Virus record (IMG/VR): IMGVR_UViG_3300048672_000512
Location: 114,049 to 178,048 of that record
Length of the DNA: 64,000 nucleotides
Direction: 5' to 3' (one strand)
Origin: a virus
Positions 46,767 through 56,800 of the stretch are shown piece by piece (position 1 is the stretch's first letter; each line of letters starts with the position of its first letter). The translations under genes and the position numbers were made by a program. The notes beneath the pieces are model-generated. The model was not told the origin of the DNA. It made no database searches and saw nothing but the letters and a program-made list of their open reading frames with translations.

Positions 46767-47087
46767 ATGACTGAAGTCGAGCATCTTCAAGTAGAAGGTA
46801 ACGAGCATCTGATTCCTGCAGGTTGCAAACCGTGGTCATATCCGGGGTTTACGCTTTATAGCGGATATAACACGCAGATTGCAAACCTTGCAGAGGGTGA
46901 TGCCGTCTACGTCGATGCTGTGAAAAAGATCAATTCACCTTACTTGGTGCTGTGTCCGTTTTCTTCATATTGTGGCAGGTGGATAGATCAAAGCGATAAC
47001 CTAGCAGGATCTGTTCATTACACCGGTCCGGAAAAACTTCGAGGTGAGGTTGTGAGTCAGTTCTGGAATGCTAGATGGGGTGACTAA
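46767..47087 (+). CDS. Hypothetical protein
   Basis: AAGGAG RBS. Confidence 0.7.
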   Translation: MTEVEHLQVEGNEHLIPAGCKPWSYPGFTLYSGYNTQIANLAEGDAVYVDAVKKINSPYLVLCPFSSYCGRWIDQSDNLAGSVHYTGPEKLRGEVVSQFWNARWGD

Positions 47088-47108
47088 GTTCAAACAAGGA
47101 AGCATAGT

Positions 47109-47417
47109 GTGAAAAGAAGTCATGTCGCAAGAGAGTACAGTCTCCACGAAGAGGAACGCCTTCCTGTTGTAGAATACTGGAATCGAGTAAGCGCAAGGTG
47201 CGACTTGCGGTTCTTCTTCAACGGAAGCAAGTCCAAGTGGCAAGTGAATCGATTGAACGCTGAAGACAAGAATATCATTGAAGAAACGTGGTTGATTTCA
47301 AGTCTGGAAGTCATGACGTTTACGTATTCAACGGTGGACGAAAAGCACAGGCACTGCCTAGGCGCTTTTGGTACAATGCATTTGGGAATGAACGGTGAAG
47401 GAAAGATCAATGTATGA
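47109..47417 (+). CDS. Hypothetical protein
   Basis: AAGGA RBS, GTG start. Confidence 0.6.
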   Translation: MKRSHVAREYSLHEEERLPVVEYWNRVSARCDLRFFFNGSKSKWQVNRLNAEDKNIIEETWLISSLEVMTFTYSTVDEKHRHCLGAFGTMHLGMNGEGKINV

Positions 47418-47868
47418 CGCCGCAGGAGAACCTGTTTTTGTTTTCAACTTTCCTGTCAGCGAAGACCTGCTAGCTAGGCTTGCAGAGGACGCTAACGGAA
47501 AACGGTGGTTGATCAATAAGCTGCGTAGCTTGCTGTTTCTAAACTACACACTGAAGGAAGTAGTTGACGGTACGTATCACATTCTAGGTAGTGCACTTGA
47601 GTACCTTGTACAGCAGCCAAGATCTGAATGGTCCCTAGCTGACTTTCAAGCTGAGCTGGAAAACTCGCTTCTGTCTACCCGCGAGTCTTTTGTTTCGCAT
47701 CGAGTCTACGGCAATGACGCGGTAGCAAGGTTCTCCGCTAAGAATCTCTACCTGCTGTCTGTGTTCTTCTCAACCTGGATCACATCGAATAGCAAAGACG
47801 TAATGCTTCTGTGCGGATACCTGACCTGCACGCCAACAAAAGTCAAGTACGTAGCATACAAGATCTAA
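47395..47868 (+). CDS. Hypothetical protein
   Basis: Overlap; probable start MYDAAG. Confidence 0.6.
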   Translation: MKERSMYDAAGEPVFVFNFPVSEDLLARLAEDANGKRWLINKLRSLLFLNYTLKEVVDGTYHILGSALEYLVQQPRSEWSLADFQAELENSLLSTRESFVSHRVYGNDAVARFSAKNLYLLSVFFSTWITSNSKDVMLLCGYLTCTPTKVKYVAYKI

Positions 47869-47895
47869 TCAGTCAACACGTCAAAGGAACCAACC

Positions 47896-48246
47896 ATGAA
47901 CACCACTGCTACCAACTCAAAGGCTTCGGAACAAACCGCTCTGGAGATTCTGCAGAAGGCAACGCCTTCAAACGTTTCGTCTTCTCCTAATGGCGATCAG
48001 ACGCTTCGCGTCTATGACACCAAGAAAAGCTTCACTGCAATTCTGGTCAACAACGAAGTTCCGTACTCAAAGAAGAAGCACGTTGTAGCTTTCGTTCAAG
48101 CCAAGTACGAGAAGAAAGACGGAATGCAAATTGTCAAAGCTGTCTTTACTACAAAGAATGAAGAGTACAAGGCAGCAGCGCTAAAGGTCGTTGAAGCACA
48201 TGCTGCGTACCGTAACAAGAAGCTTGATGCCGGTGTTATGGTCTAG
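47896..48246 (+). CDS. Hypothetical protein
   Basis: AAGGA RBS. Confidence 0.7.
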   Translation: MNTTATNSKASEQTALEILQKATPSNVSSSPNGDQTLRVYDTKKSFTAILVNNEVPYSKKKHVVAFVQAKYEKKDGMQIVKAVFTTKNEEYKAAALKVVEAHAAYRNKKLDAGVMV

Positions 48247-48288
48247 TTGTAAAGCCAGCAACATCTAACCTGAAAAGGAAACGCGGCA

Positions 48289-48585
48289 ATGAAACTAAGT
48301 AATTGGAGTTGGCCTAAGTCCGCTATCGGTCCACTTTGCCGCGTGCCCAACCTGTTTGTTGGACCCGGAGTGCATGGTTTGAACTTGATTGTGTGGGTCA
48401 ACATTCACGAGGTTACCAAGTCAGGAAGCGTTAGATTGATGGAGAATCCGCCAGAAACAATATCTAGCAGTGAAGAACTGGAAGCTCTGAAGTCTGCAGA
48501 CGGTTGGAAGATCTGTTCTGTGCAGGAGCTGGACCCTGCTATAGGTGTCTCGCTGCGTGGCTACCTTACAGGATGCGGTTACTAA
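48289..48585 (+). CDS. Hypothetical protein
   Basis: AAGGA RBS. Confidence 0.6.
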   Translation: MKLSNWSWPKSAIGPLCRVPNLFVGPGVHGLNLIVWVNIHEVTKSGSVRLMENPPETISSSEELEALKSADGWKICSVQELDPAIGVSLRGYLTGCGY

Positions 48586-48662
48586 CTGTTACACTTTAGT
48601 TCTTGACCGCGTCTTGAACCTGTGGTAAACTGAAAGTGCAGGTAGTGAAAGCCTACCAAGCA
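48578..48662 (+). promoter_or_regulatory. Repeated promoter (variant) with 5' hairpin
   Basis: GTTACTAACTGTTACACTTTAGTTC-TTGACC-N17-TAAACT GAAAGTG; GGTAG/CTACC. Confidence 0.8.
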
Positions 48663-48689
48663 ACCCGAAACAACCCTGAAGGAATAGCA

Positions 48690-48968
48690 ATGAGCACCCA
48701 GACCACTCAACAGAATTTTGCTAGCTATGTGTTTAATGCAGACTACGTCTACAGTGGAAACAAGATTCTTGCTGTGTACGCTACGGAAGAAGACATGAAA
48801 ACAAATGAATACGCTATCTGTGTAAAACCTGTTGTCAACGGTAAGGTTGACATGGATGCGGATGAGGTTGAAATTCAACTTGCTGACGTGGTTGCGGTAT
48901 GGGGTGGAAAACGCGCACCTTTGAACTTTGATGAAACCTCCAAGCTTTGGATTGTCAGGTCCAAGTAA
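48690..48968 (+). CDS. Hypothetical protein
   Basis: AAGGA RBS. Confidence 0.65.
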   Translation: MSTQTTQQNFASYVFNADYVYSGNKILAVYATEEDMKTNEYAICVKPVVNGKVDMDADEVEIQLADVVAVWGGKRAPLNFDETSKLWIVRSK

Positions 48969-48988
48969 CATCAAAGCTAGTACTCTAG

Positions 48989-49020
48989 AAAGGCTCCTAA
49001 ATACAGGAGCCTTTTGTTGC
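48989..49020 (+). terminator. Terminator
   Basis: AAAGGCTCCT-AAATAC-AGGAGCCTTTT. Confidence 0.7.
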
Positions 49021-49046
49021 TACAAACCAAACTGAAGGAATAGAGC

Positions 49047-49565
49047 ATGAGCACGCAAGTTAGCAATGAAGTGTTTGACACGCTACTGGAAAACAGCGTA
49101 GACAGATACGTTGTGCTGGATTCTCAGACTATTGGAAAGGTATCTCGCTGTGACGCCTCGCACGTGGAAACAAAACACGCAAACGGTGTAACCGAAACTA
49201 GATTGCATGAATACGTGACTGCAATCTGGAAGGGGAAGTACAAGCCAATGCGCTTCAACGAGGCAAACGAAAACTGGATCATGCGCAACAAGCCGGCTGA
49301 AGTCATCGAAGTAGCAACCGAAAAGGCGCCGAAAAAGAAGAGGAATAAAGCAAAGCATGCGCGTGTCAATCGTGACAACTGGGATGGTGATGCAGTTATT
49401 CGTTTCCTGAAGAAACGCACAGGCGCAGACACCGTTTCAGAAACTGAAGTCGAAGCGCTTCGACTGCTGGAAGAAGCAAACAATGTGATTTACCGACTCA
49501 CTGAAAAGCTGCAAAGTGTAGACTACATCCTGGGAGCAGCGCGGAAAGTCTGCAAGTCAAAATAA
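49047..49565 (+). CDS. Hypothetical protein
   Basis: AAGGA RBS. Confidence 0.7.
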   Translation: MSTQVSNEVFDTLLENSVDRYVVLDSQTIGKVSRCDASHVETKHANGVTETRLHEYVTAIWKGKYKPMRFNEANENWIMRNKPAEVIEVATEKAPKKKRNKAKHARVNRDNWDGDAVIRFLKKRTGADTVSETEVEALRLLEEANNVIYRLTEKLQSVDYILGAARKVCKSK

Positions 49566-49637
49566 GAGCCTATTGGTCAAGCGCACTTGGTTCCCTGCTG
49601 AGTGCGCTTTTCAATACGTTTTTAGTCTTCAACCGGA

Positions 49638-50219
49638 GTGACAATCATGTCTGCTGCATCAAAGCTGAATCTGTCTTTCGTCAGCCTTTGCGAACGTACT
49701 CGCAAGATCACGATTCGCTGCACACGTGAATTCGCAGAAGCCCTGCGTTCTCGCTATCAAGGCGACGACTTCTTCTTTGGCGTTGAAGCGCTCGGTCAAG
49801 GTCAGGGCTACTATCACCTGTACCCGCGTTCTTGGGATCTTCAAACCAAGAATCCTATTTCCAGACTTGCCATTCTGTGCCTGCTGCACAATGCGATGCG
49901 CGAGCTTGAAAAGCTTTGGGCTCGCATGCAAAAGGCTGACTTTACTGAAATTCCTGTGAAGGTTGTCGGAGAAAAGCAGCAACTGCATAACGGCCCTGTT
50001 GAAATGGTTGTCACTGGACGCCTCAGCACCGCACAACACAACTCGCAACCGATGCAGGTAACTGTTAGCAAGAGCACCACTTCAGCAGCTGCCGACGCCG
50101 CAACTGTAAATCAGCGTGTTGTTAACCGTTCGCATCGGCCCGTGATAACCATTCCGAAAAAGCCGGCATCTAACATTCTGTTGAGTGCTTTGATGCAGAA
50201 GTTTTCAACCTATAGATAG
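49638..50219 (+). CDS. Hypothetical protein
   Basis: Packed ORF. Confidence 0.65.
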   Translation: MTIMSAASKLNLSFVSLCERTRKITIRCTREFAEALRSRYQGDDFFFGVEALGQGQGYYHLYPRSWDLQTKNPISRLAILCLLHNAMRELEKLWARMQKADFTEIPVKVVGEKQQLHNGPVEMVVTGRLSTAQHNSQPMQVTVSKSTTSAAADAATVNQRVVNRSHRPVITIPKKPASNILLSALMQKFSTYR

Positions 50220-50227
50220 GCGGCATA

Positions 50228-50664
50228 ATGTACGCACGCATTCTTGAAGAGAGCTACGCTTGCACCAAAACGTTTGAAGGGGAAATAAGTAGGTTAAGCT
50301 ACTTGAGTCGCCACATCTTCAATTTTACTACCTACGATGACACGATGTTTTCTTTGCCAAGAAGGCTTTGGAAGTATGTAGCTGCATTACAAGTGGTACT
50401 ACCTTTCGCTACATAGATACTGAAGAGAACTATCTTTGGTATCTAACTATGGTTAATATGCCTTTCTTTGCACAAAGGCTGAACTGGGGCAGTTCCGTGC
50501 GTGGTGCTTGGTGGGAAGCACATAATGGAATTATTCAGTTGTCTAGCGGATGTCTATGGCAGGATGGCACTCAGGTGTGCTGCATGGAGTTTACAAAAGA
50601 TCAGTGGTCTGACTTTATAACCGCCGTAGTACTGTTTGGTGCTAAAGACGACTCTAAAACATGA
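50228..50664 (+). pseudogene. Probably one gene broken by a frameshift near 50341-50367
   Basis: Frame 1 ...HIFNFTTYDDTM; the -1 frame reads FFAKKALEVCSCITSG...NWGSSVRGAWW and lacks its own RBS. Confidence 0.45.
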
Positions 50665-50954
50665 CTGGCAACCAGAAGTTTCTTGTTGTGCTAAGGAGGA
50701 GAATTCAGGCGCGTATTCTTAACGAGCCTACAGAAGGTCTGCTTGCAGTTCAACTCTGTGAACTACACAAAAGCAGTTCAACACACATGTCAAGGAGCGT
50801 CCTGTCTCGTGCAGTGCGAGACGCATTTAATATGCACTGGAAGACCCGCGCTCTAAAAGGCAATTCACTGAAAGGAGTTTGGCCCATAGACGAAGAACAC
50901 GCAATGCAGAAACTTGTGAATGATATATGCAAGGAGATTGACGCAAAGGAATAG
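50661..50954 (+). CDS. Hypothetical protein
   Basis: ATGA overlap. Confidence 0.6.
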   Translation: MTGNQKFLVVLRRRIQARILNEPTEGLLAVQLCELHKSSSTHMSRSVLSRAVRDAFNMHWKTRALKGNSLKGVWPIDEEHAMQKLVNDICKEIDAKE

Positions 50955-51006
50955 CAATAAAGGTTGCTCAATTTTGGTAAGTTCACTTTAATCGAAAGAA
51001 CATAGT

Positions 51007-51684
51007 ATGGCACTCAAACCCTCTGCTACTACAAAGCCGGTTGCAAAGCCTGCATCAAAGAAGCCGGTAGCCGCTGCACCAGCACAGTCAAAAGCGGTTC
51101 AAGCGATGGCTGCTGCGCGAGCAGCAAAAGCTACAGGAAAACCTGCTGTCAAGAAAACAACAGCAGCGACACCTGCAACTACGCGAGTTCAGGCACCGAA
51201 AGCAATTGCGCCGGCAGACTTCAAGCCTTTCTTTTTGGAAGTGAAATTTGAAGTCAGCGGTGACGGTCTGCTGGATCCGAGCAAGTTCAATGCCTTTCGA
51301 GTGAAAGGCCGGTGGGACAATCCGGACAATCGTCGGTACGATCTTCGTGAATACGATGTTGACTCTTTGCTTGGCATCGCAGCTCGCATTTCCTCGGCAA
51401 CGTACGCTCCGAACTTTGAACGTCGGCTGCCTGCAGGTTCGCAATGGATTCTGATCTTCCGCGTTGCCAAGTCATCGGTTGACGGTACGCTGCGCGCAGC
51501 TCTCAAAGTCATCACTGTGAAGTTAGCAGGCAAGCGGTCGCGGCTTCTTGGTGAAGACAAGACAGACTTGCTGTATCGAAAGATTCGCAAAGTGAATCGA
51601 ATTGCCGGATCTGCATTTGTCAATGTGCAACTTCCTCCGGCTGGACGCCGACCGAAGCAGGCAGCAGAAGAAGACGCAGACTGA
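51007..51684 (+). CDS. Protein with an A/K/P-rich N-terminal tail
   Basis: Histone H1-like low-complexity N-terminus plus a globular domain. Confidence 0.7.
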   Translation: MALKPSATTKPVAKPASKKPVAAAPAQSKAVQAMAAARAAKATGKPAVKKTTAATPATTRVQAPKAIAPADFKPFFLEVKFEVSGDGLLDPSKFNAFRVKGRWDNPDNRRYDLREYDVDSLLGIAARISSATYAPNFERRLPAGSQWILIFRVAKSSVDGTLRAALKVITVKLAGKRSRLLGEDKTDLLYRKIRKVNRIAGSAFVNVQLPPAGRRPKQAAEEDAD

Positions 51685-51791
51685 TAGCATTTACTGGCCG
51701 CAAAACGCAATACTGTGAATGCATTGTGAGAAGCTAGACACGTAACTAGCCTCACGTAAACAAGCCCTACCAATCAGACAAGGACTGTCAA

Positions 51792-52517
51792 ATGACCTAC
51801 ATCGTTCAAATCATCGCTCAGAACTCGGTTCGTGTTGTCGAAGCTCCGACAAAGCCGGAAGACGCAGCTACCAATGACCTTCGTATCAGCGGCACTGCAA
51901 TGGTTCCGAAGGACCAAGTGATTCTTACTGACTCCACCGGCATGGCGATGATTGCTGGTCCGTTCACTACCGTGCTGCGCGCTTCTGAAGTCACGCTTTC
52001 GCCGAAGGGCTACTACACGGTAGTTTCTGAAGATGGCGTTCAATCGAAGCTGTATCCGAATCCGAACATCATCATCACAGTGACTGACGAGTCGGAATTC
52101 CTGCCTCAAGCGGAAGAAGCGGAAGAAGCTGAGGAGGAAGAAGAGGAAATTGAAGAAAAGCCGGCCAAGCGCACCAAGAAGGTTGTCGAACCGGATCCGG
52201 AAGAAGAGGAAGAAGAGGATTTCGTTCCGCCGAAGCGCAAGGCAAAACCGGCAGCTAGCAAGAAGAAGGTTGTCGAGCCGGATCCGGAAGAAGATGAAGA
52301 TGACGAGGAAGAAGAGGAATTTATTCCTCCGAAGCGCAATGCAAAGGCCGCTGCAAAACCGGCAGCTAGCAAGAAGAAGGTTGTAGAACCTGACGAAGAC
52401 GACGACGAAGAAGACGAAGAGGAAGATGATGAACTTCCGGTGCGTGCAAAGCCGGCAGCCAAGTCTGCTCGCAAGCCGGTACGCACCGCTTCGATCGACT
52501 TTGACGACGAAGACTGA
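51792..52517 (+). CDS. Protein with a beta N-domain and alternating acidic/basic repeat tail
   Basis: 3x KKVVEPD-(E/D)n-..PxRxAK.PAA; AAGGA RBS. Confidence 0.75.
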   Translation: MTYIVQIIAQNSVRVVEAPTKPEDAATNDLRISGTAMVPKDQVILTDSTGMAMIAGPFTTVLRASEVTLSPKGYYTVVSEDGVQSKLYPNPNIIITVTDESEFLPQAEEAEEAEEEEEEIEEKPAKRTKKVVEPDPEEEEEEDFVPPKRKAKPAASKKKVVEPDPEEDEDDEEEEEFIPPKRNAKAAAKPAASKKKVVEPDEDDDEEDEEEDDELPVRAKPAAKSARKPVRTASIDFDDED

Positions 52518-52578
52518 TTCGCTGAAGACATAAACCGAAGGGTGGCAATCATGTCACCTTTCTCCACTGGAGAAAATC

Positions 52579-53007
52579 ATGCACATCGAAAACTCGCAAA
52601 ATCCGTTTGAGCCTGAAATCGTGCAAGAGGTAGCCGACGAACTGCAAGGTGCAAGCGAAGAATCTCGCAGCTTCACCTTGCCGTCTATCGTCGATATCGA
52701 TGGCAATGACAAGCTCGTCATTCATATCTACGCAGAAGGTTGCCTGTCCTGCGGGCACCTTTTTCCGTCGCTTCCGGAAGATGACTACCCGAAGAACTCT
52801 CGTTGCCACTTCACTGCTGGTAACGAATTCTGCCCGGCAAAGAGTCTCAGTTTCATTCCTACGGGTCACCTTCGTCAGACGGCTTCGCGCCTCGCAAAAG
52901 CGCGAGCCGATGCCGACACTGCAAAGCTGATCAGTCTCATGAAGAAGCTGGAAGACCTCACAGAAAGCGAACGACAATTTGTTCTCAGCCAATCTGGTCT
53001 GATCTGA
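52579..53007 (+). CDS. Putative Zn-binding protein
   Basis: CLSCG...CHF...FCP. Confidence 0.65.
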   Translation: MHIENSQNPFEPEIVQEVADELQGASEESRSFTLPSIVDIDGNDKLVIHIYAEGCLSCGHLFPSLPEDDYPKNSRCHFTAGNEFCPAKSLSFIPTGHLRQTASRLAKARADADTAKLISLMKKLEDLTESERQFVLSQSGLI

Positions 53008-53083
53008 CACAAGTAAATACCCTGGTAGTGTAAATGCTATCGGGGTATTTACGCTTTGGAACTAGCTTTTTGAAGGTACAACC

Positions 53084-53803
53084 ATGTCTGCAGCTGCTAC
53101 AAAACGCGCAACAATAACATTGGTGTCTTACAAGGGTGAATACTTCCCGTTCAAGATCGCTGACCTTGCTACGCTGAAGCAGAAGTATGTGTTTGTTTTT
53201 CGGATAAAGCAATCGCTTCTTGACACTCTCAGGCCTACTCTTTTGAAGGGTGTCAATATAGAAGTCATTGACTGGCAGGATCTTTATCCTAGCGTGCTTG
53301 CCGCTTTTCTATCTTCCATTGAAAACACAGCAGAATACTCCGAGGTTGGCAACAAGGTTGACATGCGCTATGCCTCTGACGAAGAATCAGTGCGCGAGAT
53401 CAACGCAAGAATTGACAAGTTCGTAAATCATCTTGGGCGTTGGGGGTTCAAGGTACGCAGAGAGAACAAGCCCGAACAGAAGTCTGGTGGTGCACGACTG
53501 CTGACACGCCTGACAATTCTTGCAGACGAGAACATCAATCCGTCATACTTCTTTGGTAGCACGCTTAGTGCAGACACCAAGCCAAAGATTTCAGCTATTC
53601 ATCTTTCCAGCTCGGCAAAACTTGAACTGGAAGTGTCGGCGTCAACAATGCGCGCTGGTGCTACGATTCTTTCTATTCGGTTCTGCGACAAGGTCGGTGA
53701 CGACTGGGTTCCATCGTTGCAACGCGCCTTTGATACGTCTTCCGTGAAAGAAGATGATCTGATGAACACCGTCAAGCTGCTGCTTGCTTTAATACCTCAA
53801 TAA
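53084..53803 (+). CDS. Hypothetical protein, first gene of the topoisomerase operon
   Basis: 4-nt gap to gyrB. Confidence 0.7.
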   Translation: MSAAATKRATITLVSYKGEYFPFKIADLATLKQKYVFVFRIKQSLLDTLRPTLLKGVNIEVIDWQDLYPSVLAAFLSSIENTAEYSEVGNKVDMRYASDEESVREINARIDKFVNHLGRWGFKVRRENKPEQKSGGARLLTRLTILADENINPSYFFGSTLSADTKPKISAIHLSSSAKLELEVSASTMRAGATILSIRFCDKVGDDWVPSLQRAFDTSSVKEDDLMNTVKLLLALIPQ

Positions 53804-53807
53804 CATC

Positions 53808-56800
53808 ATGGCAACAAAGAAACTGAAAGATTACGACGCAAGTGCAATTCAGCATCTTGACTACGTTGATTCTGTGCGCAAGAAGCCGCAAATGTACATC
53901 GGACCTACCGATGGGGCCGGCATCTTCACGATTCTGCGTGAGGTCATGGACAACGCACGCGATGAATCGCTAGCTGGTTTCTGCTCTTCAGTTGAAACGT
54001 ACATCGATGACGATGGGTCTTACTGGGTTCTGGACGACGGGCGCGGAATGCCAGTGCAGCCGAAGAAGATCAAAGATCCTGTTTCTGGTAGTGAGCATTC
54101 CATGCCGGCTATTCAGGCCATTACTTCTCTTCTTCATGCAGGTGGAAAGTTTTCAAAGGAAGGTTCCTACAACAACACGGTTGGTTGCTTTACTGGAGAT
54201 ACAAGAATTCGACTGCTGGATGGTCGCGTTCTTTCTATGGAGGAACTGCATGCACATTGGACAAAGACAGGAAAGAACCTTCCAGTTCTTTCTTACAGCA
54301 CGCGCAAGCAGCGACTTGAGCCGTCTGAGATTTCGTTTTCACAACTGACCAAGAAAACGCGAGACTTGGTTGAAGTAACACTGGATAACGGCAACACGCT
54401 TCGCTGTACACCAGAGCATCCGTTTTACGTAAGGAGAGGTGGCTCCATAAAGCGAGTGCAAGCGCAGTATCTGCGGTTTGAAGACTCTCTAGTTACCACC
54501 TATTACTACAGCGATCGGCACGCTAGGGCTAACGATACTGAACACGGACCTCACGACTACTACAGTGTAACTGACAACGGCGTAGGTAAACCACTGCATC
54601 GACTTGTAGGCTCCTTTGATACAGAGAAGCGTGTGTTTGATGATCTGCGCGGACAGTCGATTGACATTCATCATAAGAACAAAAAAGTTCAGGATAACCG
54701 CCAGGATAACCTTGAACGCTTGTTCATGTCGGACCACCATCGTGAGCATGCAGAAGACCGGTCCGCGTTAGCCAGAGACAAGATTCTTGAAACTCAGGCT
54801 GACCTTAGAGCAGAAAACTCTAGTCGGTTTACGCGTCAGAACACACAAGAATGGCATAAGATTCAGTCGGGTCAGAAAAAAGCTCTAAAGATAGCGGCCC
54901 GAGCAATAGAAACCTACGGCGTATTCAACGCAGTCACTTACAGCGAATCTCGTAGAGGAACTGACGCAAAGTATTCAGTTGCAGTTTCCTACTTTGAATC
55001 GGAAGCAGATTTCGCTAAGGAAGCTAATAAGTTCTATAAAGACCTTGTCCAGAGAGTTGGCCGATCCTACCTTGCAGAGGACACTCTGTCTGGGTCTAAC
55101 GCTTCGCAAAAGACGCTGCAAGAAGTTGCAAAGGAAAAGAGCGACCTTGCTAGGTTTGACCTGTGGAAAAAGAAGCTTCTGAGCTTCAAGAACCCAAACA
55201 CCGTTACGCCTCAAGAGTGGAACGCACGTCGCTCTAGCGACTATAAGATGGGAACATCTGCCTATGCTTTACTTGCTAGTGTTACGACACTAGCTGCTCT
55301 GAAGCGCCATGTTCTGAATGGTGAAGCTCTGGTATGCTATGAGGACATGTCAGAAGAAGCAGTGACAATGCGCCGAGCAATTGCGGAGTATCGGGTTGCT
55401 ACTGAGCAGAAGCGCTACAGTTTTCTGAACTACAGCATTAGGCGACTCAGGTCTTCTCTTGGCGAGCGTTCTTACAGTACTGACCTGCATAGAAGCCTTC
55501 TTCGCAAGAGCCGCAACCTTCCTGACGAGATGATGTTCAAGATGTTTGCTTCCAAGCATCTGGGCCTTGAATTTGAAGACTGTACTGATGACGAAATTGA
55601 CACATTGATTCAATCATGGAACCATACTGTACTTGGCGTCAGAAAGTTGAAGCTACAGAATGCGGTTCCAGTGTATGACATAACTGTTGACCACACGCAC
55701 ACCTTCTTTGTTGAAGCTGGTGTTGGTGTTCATAAACCAAAGAACGGGAAACCTGACATTGACTGCTTCGCTTCAGGTGTTTTGGTTTCGAATAGCCACG
55801 GAGTTGGCATCAAGGCGACAAACTTTCTAAGTGAGTACTTTGAAGTCTACACTTTCAACGCTGGAGCATGGTGGTTTCTTGACTATGAATTTGGTCGCCT
55901 GTCAACTCCACTGAAGAAGGTCAAGGCACCGCTCAAGCCTGGAAGCAATTCAACGCTCAAGAAAGGTACGCTTGTACACTTCAAGCCAGACCTGTCGATT
56001 TTTAGCGAACCTGTGTTTCCGTCGATTCTTCTTACCGACTGGTCGCGCATTGCTTCGTACTTCACCCCAGGTTTCAAGATCACTCTTTCGCATCACTCTG
56101 GAAAGGTGCGAGAGTTTCAAGCTGACGGCCCTGCTCAGTATGTGGTGGACCGTCTAGCAAAGCTGCAAGCTACGCCATTGATTGACGTTGAACCCTTCAA
56201 CTTTGAATCTGGTTTGGTGTCTTGCGTGCTGCAGTTCACCGGTCACGATGGTTGTGACTTTGCACCATTCACCAATGGTCTGTACAACGCTGAAAAGGGT
56301 GTTCACTTCAATGCTTTCTTTCAAGCACTGATTGCAGCGTTGCAGCCTTTTGTGAAACGCAAGCAGGAGTTTTCAGCAACTGAACTTCGAGAAGGCATAG
56401 TTGGCCTGCTTAACGTCAAGCTTGAGGCTCCAAAGTTCTCAAGTCAGACCAAGGAAAAGCTGGTTGACGATCGTGCTGCTGAACCAGTCAAGGAATTGAT
56501 TCTTGAAGCCCTGACAGCATTCTTCAAGAAGAACAGGGCTCTAGCTGAAGCTGTGTGCGAACGCGCAGCAAAGCTCAAGGAACTGCGCAATCAGTTCACT
56601 GCTAGCAAGGCCGTGCTATCTACGCTTCGCAAGATTGCAAAGAAGGGGCTGCCCCTGAAAGCATGCACTGCCTACGACTGCAAACCTGAGGATAGAGAAC
56701 TGTATCTTGTTGAAGGGGACTCCGCAGCTGGCTGTTTTCTTGGTGACACAAAGGTTCGACTTATAAATGGTGTTTCGATGTCGTTTGAAGAAATGGTGCG

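Noticed and set aside
30827-48662. GTTACA repeats as integron attC sites
   Set aside because: They lack RYYYAAC/GTTRRRY pairing, sit in promoter geometry, and no integron integrase is present.
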